This document shows positions 34,932 through 43,996 of a stretch of 64,000 nt of DNA, in pieces. Made by a program: the position numbers and the translations under genes. This DNA is from Minutocellus sp. GHC0000111. Its lineage: Eukaryota. How positions within the stretch are numbered: the first letter of the stretch is position 1; every line of letters begins with the position of its first letter. The stretch spans positions 1 to 64,000 of the forward strand of contig OZ361261.1 of the NCBI GenBank assembly GCA_977018835.1. The letters are read 5' to 3'. Below the pieces are notes generated by a model, which saw only the letters and a program-made list of their open reading frames with translations, was not told the DNA's origin and did not search any database.

Positions 34932-36233
34932 ATGCGTTTCAATGTCCTTGCCCTTGGGCTGACGATGATCGCCGGGTATGTTCTACCGGTAGGAGCGTCG
35001 GTCCTTAATTCAAGGTTTTTCCAGCAGAGAGTCATTGATTATGTAATCGATTGTATGGGCGATGAGATCTACGACGTTTCTTTCATTTCTGGGAGGAGGA
35101 CTCGAACCAGATTCCATCCCTGTACGAGAGAGGCAAGTTACAAGATTATGCCGCAGGCTGACGTTAGCAATCTGAAGACCTGGGTGAAACACTATGTTCT
35201 CCACGGAGAACTCAAGGTTGACACTATTGAGCGACTGAGGATACTCAAGGCCAAGTTCCCCGAGGAGTTTCGCGATGTTGGTCGTCGAGGGGATTGGAAT
35301 GCCCATGACACTGACACCCTCAAGAGGATCGTGGACGAGAATCCCGATGCATACCTTGATGAGATCCAAAAGGAGATGGTGTTCGCCGGTCGGAAATGTT
35401 ACAGTCTGAGCTACATCTGGAAGCAGCTGACTGGAAATACCATTCGATACTCACTCAAGCGAGCTATCGAAATTGCTGCAGAGCGCGATGAAGAGGAACG
35501 ACGGCGTTATCTTGAATCTCGGGAGATCGGATTACCTCGGCCCGAGATGGCGATCTTCATCGACGAGACGTACAAGGGCCAGAACGATGGCAGGAGGAAG
35601 AGGAGGTGGGGTAGAAAGGGGAAGAAGGCCACGTACCGTCGCCCCCTCACCTTCACTGGCTCTCACGACCGTCGGTACTCTCTTCTTGCTGCTGCCGACA
35701 TCAATGGTTTTGTAATTGAGGCCTGTGAACAAGTCTTTGCCAAGACGAGTGCTACCGATACTGACCCAACCCGAGGTACCATCGATGCCGAGCGATTCGA
35801 GCTATGGGTGGAGGAGTTTCTTTGCCCTACGCTGGGTAACTATGATCTCGAAGAGCCTAGATCCCTTGTCATCCTTGACAATGCTAGCACCCATCACACC
35901 GCTCGTGTTAGGGAGCTTATTCGAGCCACAGGCGCTGAGGTTTTGTACACCGCCCCCTACAGCCCCGATCTCAATCCTGTTGAGGAGATGTTTTCCAAGT
36001 ACAAGGCGATGCTTCGACGGCATCAACACCTGCCCCTTGAGGATGCCCACATGGTGGCCCTTCTCAGCGTAACTCCTTCGGATGCACGGGGGTACTACCG
36101 TAATGCCAAGGTGCCAGGCAGTGAGATGGAGGAAGAGGTCGAGGAAGCTGCGGCCGCCTTTATTTCTCAATCAAATGCTGTCTTTGCTTCCTTGGGGGCT
36201 GCATTGGGGGCGGCCCATCTTGGGTCTTATTAA
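34932..36233 (+). CDS. IS630/Tc1-family DD34E transposase
   Basis: HTH-like PDAYLDEIQ; IFIDET (D1), ILDNASTH (D2), YSPDLNPVE (E, 34 residues after D2). Confidence 0.95.
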   Translation: MRFNVLALGLTMIAGYVLPVGASVLNSRFFQQRVIDYVIDCMGDEIYDVSFISGRRTRTRFHPCTREASYKIMPQADVSNLKTWVKHYVLHGELKVDTIERLRILKAKFPEEFRDVGRRGDWNAHDTDTLKRIVDENPDAYLDEIQKEMVFAGRKCYSLSYIWKQLTGNTIRYSLKRAIEIAAERDEEERRRYLESREIGLPRPEMAIFIDETYKGQNDGRRKRRWGRKGKKATYRRPLTFTGSHDRRYSLLAAADINGFVIEACEQVFAKTSATDTDPTRGTIDAERFELWVEEFLCPTLGNYDLEEPRSLVILDNASTHHTARVRELIRATGAEVLYTAPYSPDLNPVEEMFSKYKAMLRRHQHLPLEDAHMVALLSVTPSDARGYYRNAKVPGSEMEEEVEEAAAAFISQSNAVFASLGAALGAAHLGSY

Positions 36234-36413
36234 TGCATAATTTACTAGACATAGGAATTCCTAATATATATCTAAGTCTAAGTGTGTTTATAGATATAAT
36301 GCATGTGTATGTGTGTATACATCTAAGTCTAGGAATCATTCCTAAGTCTAATGCATGTTAATATAATGTAAAATATGTATTATCGGCATGCAGATGCTCA
36401 AGTTCTAAAGTCT

Positions 36414-38703
36414 CTAAAAGAGATCGGCCACAACGGTTCCAACTGGCTTTTCTTTGATGCTAACCTCGATACTAATGTCGCTGCTGCCAACAATGCGAAG
36501 AGAACCCACTGTGCAGTCATCTTGACGCAGCTCATCCGCTGTTTTTGTTAGCACCAATCCATCAGCTGCACTCCCCTGTTTCCGATCACAGATTGAATAC
36601 GAAAGAAAATGCGTAGCGGAGTCGCCCCTCACCTTGCTCACGTCATCGTCGGAAAGTCTGAAGACGTCGGCGTTCGGATTTCTGTTCTTCAACCGACTCA
36701 TGACAGATGACATCTTTTCGTTCTCATCTTCTGCGGGCGTTGCAATCGATGCCCCATTCCAAGCGCAAGAGAGGGACACCCGCTGCTTTGCGGCCCCACC
36801 AAGCATTGCATTGGCAATTCCAATTAGGCCCCTTTCGTTGCTTTTACCACTTTCGGCAATAGCAGAAGCCATAGCTTTGCTTCCATCCTGCGCTCTGGCA
36901 CCAGAACCACCCTCTCCCTCTACAGACAAAGGCTTCCCATCATCCCCGATAGGATACTCGCCTTTCTCGGGCTTCTTGCCGCCCACTCTGTGGCTAATGA
37001 GCGGCTCATCCCAGTACGTCTCATCAATGAGTTGGTCTATGGAAGGCGGCCAGGTGTCACTTTCGCCGTCAACGAAGGTATACTTCTCATAGACGGGTTT
37101 GCCAATCGCATTCTTGAGCTTGATACTGGCCATTTTAAACATATTGGGGGAAAGGCTCATGTAGAGGCTGCTACTTTCCTGAGAAAGGGGCAAAAAATAT
37201 TGCATAGAGTCAAGAGAATGACGTGGTGAGGATGAGTGCAGCACATGAGGAGGGCATGGCATCAACAACAAAAAGAATCGCATTGGGACTTACGATGCTA
37301 ATTGCTTTCAACAACCAGGCATTCACCATTGCCATCTTCGATTGCGACGAAACCAAATTATCCTGAGACTCTTCTCGTTCTGCTCTATTGGAGGAATGAC
37401 GCTTTGCGACAGGAGAATCAAGGAGGCCCGCACCGGTGTCAACTCCCTGGCTATGCGCAAGAACCTCATCATTGTCGACATCAGGGTCTGGTACGTTTGC
37501 ATCGTCTTCGCCGTTCCCGAATGCCACAGCATCAGGCTTTTTCTCTCCAAAGCTGACGAGCAGAGAAACCTCGTTGTCGGTATTTTTCTTGCGATACTTA
37601 TCAAACAAAGCAAGAGACTCCCCGGAAGAAGTCTCAGGGACGGTGACCATGCCATGGCCCACACCAGTCTGTTTGACATAGAGCCTCGACGATGGGCCGA
37701 GCTTGCCATCATACGCTGTTTGCGTCATTGCTTTGGCAAGAATAGCTGCACGAATCATTCCAATGTTGGCATTAGGAGGCGGTATGGAGAAAGCAACGAT
37801 GCTGTCCGAGCTCTCCACTCTCGGTTTTGGTACGTCAGTGGGTGAGGACCTTTTGGGCTTCTGCTTCCTCGTTGGTTCCAGCAGCGTAATATTGAACGTG
37901 CAGTCCCCGGTGCGCACCCTCGAATTGACAGTAGAGGTAGCAGCACTACTGGCAGCCGAACGCCGAACGCTCTTCATCTTCTTCTTCGATATGATAATAT
38001 CAATAACAATTCGGTCGACCTCGCCCGTTTCCAAACCAACCTTGAATGAGTTCTCAAGGATTATGGATTTCATACTTGTGTCATCATAAACAGGGATAAA
38101 TAGATTGTCCGAGATTCCACTTTTCGAACCTTGTCTGGGGCTGACAATGTCCTCCAGAGTGGAGGGATACCTGGACGAGGGGCGAACGTATATGGCCGAT
38201 CCACTTGCATCTTCCGCCAACTCAATATCCATAGTTCGACATTCGTCACTGAGGAACGATTCCACACAATCCTTGAGCTCTAATCCAGAATCGTCCGAGG
38301 ATACTTCTCGCAACTCATACTCTTTGCCCCTGAAATAATTCATCGACGGAACTACCTTCCTTGCATCGGACGGATTGACCAAAAAACATCTGGCAAATAT
38401 CGGGGCCTTCATGATTAAATCGAGCAAGACCTGATTGATCATGGTGGTGTCCTTAATGACTTGAGGATTGCCTTCCTCATCATCACTGCTGTCCCCGTCA
38501 TCGGCCTTCTTCTTCTTTGCCTTCTTCTTGCTATTCTTACCAGAGCTGCCCTTCTTCTTGGCTGCCGACTTCGTTAGCTTAGCAAAACTGCTGTCGGAGT
38601 CCGAAGCGACCTCTTCCACGACCTCCTCTTCCTCTGACGACGGATCGCCACACATGGATTTCCTTTTTTGAGAACGTGATGATTTTCTAAGATTGGACGA
38701 CAT
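36414..38703 (-). CDS. Transposon accessory protein of unknown function (~724 aa; phase-0 intron 37179-37293)
   Basis: ATG at 38703. Donor gtaagt and polypyrimidine-cag acceptor join ORFs 37210-38946 and 36414-37283 in frame (KAISI-ESSSLY). Lys-rich NLS-like N-terminus. Confidence 0.8.
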
Positions 38704-39519
38704 GATATCCCTTCCAACACGGAGCAAATGGACAATAGAAGGAAGAGGTGAGATGTAGTCCCGAAATTCCCACAAAAATCTCCATGCCGTCCGACCCGGG
38801 TTGGGAGCAGAATACGGGCCCGTCGGCCGCCCCGCGGGCTTCCACACGCCCACCAACACCCCAAGGGAGGCTGCTGCCGGTAGCAGCACCACCGGCGGAC
38901 CCATTATGCCCTCCGCCGCCAGGTCCGACCTCCGGGGAGGGGTCAAAAAGGGGGGTAAAATTCACGTGTCGGACATGCCATGCCGACGATTACGAACGCA
39001 TGCCGCCTCGGGACCCAACTCACCGTTCTCAGAGCCAAACTATAGCACCAACGAGAGGACTTGAGGGGGTGGAGACGGCCGACGGCGATCTGTGGGGGAT
39101 ATGGTAGGGGCATTGGGAAGGAGGGTGGGTGAGGGCCGAAAAATGGGTGGAAAAACGCGAACTCAGGATTGGACCGTCCGTGATGAGTTCTCGGCCGATT
39201 CCGCCCGGACCGCCGCAGGAGACACCGGGAATATACCCATAGACAACATCCCCATGCCGCAGCGGTAGATCCGAGGACTTATTCGGCCGGCCACTCACCT
39301 CAAACTCAGCGGGTGGTACCGACGGGGTCCACTCCGGGGGGGCAGTGGGGTCGTAAAATACGTGTAGAAGGGCTACGGCGACCGGACCAAGGGGTCAGCC
39401 ACCACCGCATGGTCCAACAGAGACGTTTAGTTGAAAGAATGAAGCAATTTGGCCCACAAATCGTCGAGAACGGTACTCCAGGCGCTTGGCGGTCCGTTTG
39501 GCAAAAACTCAGAGCTGGG
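38702..39519 (-). repeat. Right long TIR of inner element (818 bp)
   Basis: Mirror of 33992-34808. Confidence 0.95.
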
Positions 39520-40230
39520 ACACAGCCCCATCTCGTCTCGCCGGTCGGATGAAGCGTTTTTCGGCAGAAGACGAACACGTCACGAAGAAACCCACCAAAA
39601 CCCAATCTCGTTCGTCACCCATTCTTTGACCGTCCAACACCATGGTGGTCCGTCGGCGTTGCGCCGGCGTATAACTATGTTTTCGCACCAAACACGCATT
39701 CATTATCATGTTTGGATGTAGTTGAAGCTTACTGTATCCTCAGATTGGCCTCCGCTGCGTATCAACGCCACGAACCATCGGCCTACTTTTCCTCCATCTG
39801 TCGGCCGTTCGTTTCTCTGGGGTGGCGCCATTGCTCCGTCTTTGTGCTCGTCGTGCTCCCGTTGTGATGCCCCAGACCCTCTGGTACTTTCCCACGTTGT
39901 TGTTGATGATAAACTGCCGGGATTGCGCCGCACCCCCCGCATGACCGACTCTCGCTGATCCCGACCGATCGCATCCCCACTCGACCTCTCCCGGAACTCC
40001 GACAACAATTTTGCGCCCGAGGAGAGACAGACAGCATTGGGATAAGTTTATGCAACAATCAACCCGACAAAGGGACTTTTTGGTCTGGGAGATAAATGGG
40101 TGAGTTAAGAAGGACGTGATGTGTTTGTTTTGGTGTGCTATTTACTTTTTTGCTCAATCGCGACACTGTTTGTAAAAGTTGGATCACGCAATTCATTTGT
40201 CATTGTGTAGCAGCAGTGCAATTTCATTTT

Positions 40231-41826
40231 CTAATTTTGTGCATGCCCTGCTCCCATCTCTACATCCTCATCTCCATCGGTGGCCATCTTGATCATTTGT
40301 TGGCGCTTGTCATCAGTTTCTGCTTTAACAGCTTCGGTCCTTTTCCTTGTTCTTGCCACCCGGGAGTTTCGCTCCCGCCTCTCCTCGACCTTTGGATTGG
40401 ATGCCCTCTCCTCAGCCTTGAACTGCGCCGTCTGTTGGGCCTCATGTCCCTTGACGCCCTGAGTCCGACGATCTTCCTTAACGCCCTCTTGGTGGGCTCG
40501 CTCTACAAACGATTCGTCGAGCCAATGGATGCTGCCCCATCCATTCTTCACTAGCCAAATGTGTTGGTCCAAGATGTGATCTTCGAGTAAGTGCCACTTG
40601 GGCGTTGTGCTAACAATGCCGATTGCCCGTGCTTGCTTGAGGGCACTTGCAATCAATGCTTCAAGCTCTCTCACAGCCTTCTTTGCCTCATCATCCCATT
40701 TCATGTGCCATTTCAGAAACCTGGAACATGTTGCGTCAAGAGTGTGGAGCAAATTAGAGCAAGCTTTGCAGAGCTCTTTGATGTCGTCGTCATCCGTCAT
40801 ACCATCTTCCTCGCGATTGTGCTCTAGGAGAGTTCCTTTGGTGGAGGTGTTGTGGTGGATGAACTCTGTTGTCTTTGGTTTCTTCTTGTTGTTGCCATCA
40901 GAAATGTTAATAGATAAAGCTCTCCAGCACTCTGCCAGCACTGCCCTTATTTTACCTGAGTCGGCCGCCTCAATGCCGGCCTTTTTCAGGAAATGGAAGT
41001 GAGGGGCATCGTCATCCTCGGCATCATCGACAGCTCCCATCTCTGGCTCGCCATCACCGTGCTTCTGACGATTCTTCTCAAAGCACTGCTGCATGCACAT
41101 GCTTGCTTCATGTGCAGCGTCCTCTCTTGCAACATCAGCTTCGTCCTCATGACAGGGCACATGGTCCTCGTCTTCGTCGTCATCGTCCTCACTGATCTCG
41201 CCGGCCTCCGTCGTGGTCAGGGTGCCCACCGTCCCAACATCGTCGTCATTGTCCCACCCATCGTCCTGGCCATTGTGCCCACCCCAGGGAACTTCTGGGG
41301 GGGCCTCGAGCAACATCTGCCTGTTGATTTCGTAGTCCATCGCCGCATGTCCCACCGACACATGTGGTGCGACCGACTTGAGGAATGCGTTGCATGCCTT
41401 CGTCAAATTGAGCCGCGGCGGCGGCATTTCGAGGCGAAATTGTTGCTCGACCGTGACCATGTCGAAAGCCATCCATCCATCCATCATCATGGAGAGCGTC
41501 GGCTGCACGAGGATTGATAGAACCGATTCGAACAAATGTGCTCTTTTGCATGGGGTTCGCTGAACGTCGTCGGCAAGGCAGTGTCTTGACACCATTTCAT
41601 CCCATCCATTCTGGTTGTCTGTCCTCCTCACAAAAAACACATCGCAGTCTTCGTGTTTCTTCTTCTTCAAACCCAAGATGCCCGCAGTGCACATGACGGC
41701 GCCGTACATGATGGGACTGCATCCCAACACATTCATCAAGGAGTCGTTGTTGTTGCCGATGAAATTGTAGTGATGAAGTTCCTTTCTGCGAAGACGGACG
41801 AGCAGTTCAGCCAGGGTGTCCTGCAC
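40231..41826 (-). pseudogene. Degenerate, probably internally deleted transposase with Transib/RAG1/Chapaev-like C-terminus
   Basis: TPKWHLLEDH...GSIHWLDESFVERAHQ motif; lies within the outer TIRs; only 3 Tyr in 531 aa; N-terminal catalytic Asp motifs not recognisable. Confidence 0.65.
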
Positions 41827-42572
41827 CGCAACTCTGTGTCTGCGGTGTTGACCGCGGGATTGCGGCCGTTATTTTTTTGCTCATGGAGAATTATGGATCG
41901 AGACCAACAAGAATGTCACCAGGATGTCGGGAGTGCCTGGTTGGTCTCGTGCCGCAGTTCTCCCACACCAGCGCGAGATGTCGCCTTCGTTCTGCACGCA
42001 GCGGCGGCAATTTGAATTGTTGCCGCCATGGTGGCTCATGTTGGGCGCGCCGGTCGGTTGCTTCGCGCGCCGGCCGGCCACCGAAAGTGCGACCAAAAGC
42101 ATGCGAGTCATCCGGCTGGCAGATGGTGCTGTGGGTAGCGGGTGGCGCGAGTGTAAGTACGCCTATGTGGAGTGTTTTGGAAAACTGCTGTGCTTGTGAT
42201 TTTGCATGCTTGTGTCAACGAATTAGAAGATAAGTGACATTCACAGTGCACTTTCACACCGGCCCATCAACCCCAACAAAGCGGTTCGGTTGATCACCGT
42301 GCATCATTCTTTTCGCTTCGTGCTTTTGCCGCACCTTTTCGACAGCAGCCTGTGCGAACCGTTTAGTTTACGTTTAGCGTTTTGGCGCTGCTGCTGCGGG
42401 TGCGAACCCAAAACCCAAAGTGAGCATGGTCTGTCCGTCGTGTGCAACAAGGCACGGCGAAGTGCCGCCCAGTTTCGCCGTTCCACAGGATGACGATCGT
42501 ACCAGCAGGAATTCTACATCATAATTCCTGCCGAACAGACTTCCACTGTATCGCCGCAGTGAAGTTTAATAA

Positions 42573-43910
42573 ATGCACCCTTTGGTATCAGTGAGAGGTG
42601 GCCTGCTGCTTCGAGCCACGCCCCTTTTCTCCCTTGCATCGTCTGCCTTGGTCTCCGCATCCCGATCAGCCGTCACTTCGACTCATTCATTGGCCTTTAG
42701 AACGAGCACGTGTAGCTTTCATCGCTACCAGACAACTGACACCGAAACAACTCTTGCCAGCGTTCACAACATGGATTCATCTGCGTACTGGAATCGCGAA
42801 AACTCCAAGCACGGAGAAGGCAATGTCGGCGAGATAATCAAGGAAGCCAAGATTATTTGCCCGTGCAAACGTGCAACTGTGCAAACGTGCAACGAAGCAT
42901 TGTACGAGGGAGGTGACAATCTGCCCGAGGGGTCGTCGGTTCTGGCCGTCGGAGCAACGCTAGATGACTTTGACCTGGCGGCGTTGAAAGAAGCGCAGCC
43001 GAACGTGGTGTTTGTGAGCCATCCCAAGGCCCGCGGACCTCTCCCTGACCTCCTAGAGGCGTTGCCCACGGTGGACTGGGTTCATGTGCGCAGTGCCGGT
43101 ATCGATGCCTTCTCATCCGATAAGCTTTCACACATCACGGCCCAGAACAACGTCACGGTCACCAACGCCAAGGGATGCTTCTCCAGTACCCTTGCCGAGT
43201 ATACTATGATGGCATGCTCTTATTTCGCAAAAGATCTCCCATTACTACTCAAGAATAAAAAGGCAAAGGATTGGCATCGCTATAACGTCTTGGAGCTTCG
43301 AGGGGCCACGATGGGCATAATCGGATATGGCGACATTGGCAGAGCCTGTGCCAAGTTGGCTGATTGTTATGGAATAGAGGGGCTGGCCCTCCGGCGCGAC
43401 ACTACCAAAAGCAAGGACGATCCCTACGTCAAGGAATGCATGGGTCTGGATCGGCTGAATGAACTCATGGCCAAAAGTGACTACATCTTGGTGGCCGCCC
43501 CGCTCACGGAAGATACGAGAGGGCTGGTGAGTGCCGAGGCCATATCGCATTCAAAGAAAGATGCAGTCATCATCAATGTCGGCCGAGGCCCCATTATTGA
43601 CGAAGATGCTATGATCGAAGCTTTAGGCGACGGAACGTTGAAGGGGGCAGGGTTGGACGTCACGACTATTGAACCACTCCCGAAGGAAAGTCCGCTCTGG
43701 GAGCTCGACAATGTCTTGCTCAGTCCACACAATATGGACGCAACTGCTCATTTTTGTAAGGAGGCATGTGAGATGATGGTGTACGAGAATCTCCCGAGAT
43801 ATGTGCGCGGAAAGGCACTGTTAAATCCTGTGAACGTAAAGGCTGGATATTACGGCGCCTTAAGAGAAGAAGTGATTAAGAGAAGAAGTGATTATTCGTT
43901 TTCATTGTAA
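42573..43910 (+). CDS. D-isomer-specific 2-hydroxyacid dehydrogenase
   Basis: GIIGYGDIG, INVGRG, LDVT..EPLP..SPLW and LLSPH motifs; organellar presequence. Confidence 0.93.
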   Translation: MHPLVSVRGGLLLRATPLFSLASSALVSASRSAVTSTHSLAFRTSTCSFHRYQTTDTETTLASVHNMDSSAYWNRENSKHGEGNVGEIIKEAKIICPCKRATVQTCNEALYEGGDNLPEGSSVLAVGATLDDFDLAALKEAQPNVVFVSHPKARGPLPDLLEALPTVDWVHVRSAGIDAFSSDKLSHITAQNNVTVTNAKGCFSSTLAEYTMMACSYFAKDLPLLLKNKKAKDWHRYNVLELRGATMGIIGYGDIGRACAKLADCYGIEGLALRRDTTKSKDDPYVKECMGLDRLNELMAKSDYILVAAPLTEDTRGLVSAEAISHSKKDAVIINVGRGPIIDEDAMIEALGDGTLKGAGLDVTTIEPLPKESPLWELDNVLLSPHNMDATAHFCKEACEMMVYENLPRYVRGKALLNPVNVKAGYYGALREEVIKRRSDYSFSL

Positions 43911-43996
43911 ATATCTACCCCTTTCCCTTCTTCACTCGCTATCGGCAAGTCGCTAGTCGATGATCCAGGTTTGGCCGTATCTGGTGACAACTTTTT

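Larger units (their letters stand above)
33992..39519. mobile_element. Inner IS630/Tc1-mariner-type transposon, 5528 bp, long TIRs, two convergent genes
   Basis: CCCAGCTCT...AGAGCTGGG termini; near-identical ~818-bp arms; intact DD34E transposase. Confidence 0.93.
33938..42190 (-). mobile_element. Outer TIR DNA transposon (~2.7 kb excluding the nested element), degenerate and probably non-autonomous
   Basis: 33938-33991 is the reverse complement of 42137-42190 (52/54 identical). The TIR continues imperfectly at 39520-39533 vs 42121-42136. Flanks are TA on the left and TG on the right. Confidence 0.88.

Noticed and set aside
36414..38703. ORF2 as Fanzor/TnpB or as a tyrosine recombinase
   Set aside because: No RuvC D-E-D motifs, CxxC zinc ribbon or R-H-R-Y pattern is recognisable.
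34212..39298. Mirrored short ORFs in the TIR arms, including the 81-codon extension of ORF 37210-38946
   Set aside because: By-products of GC-rich inverted repeats, relying on non-ATG or unsupported starts.
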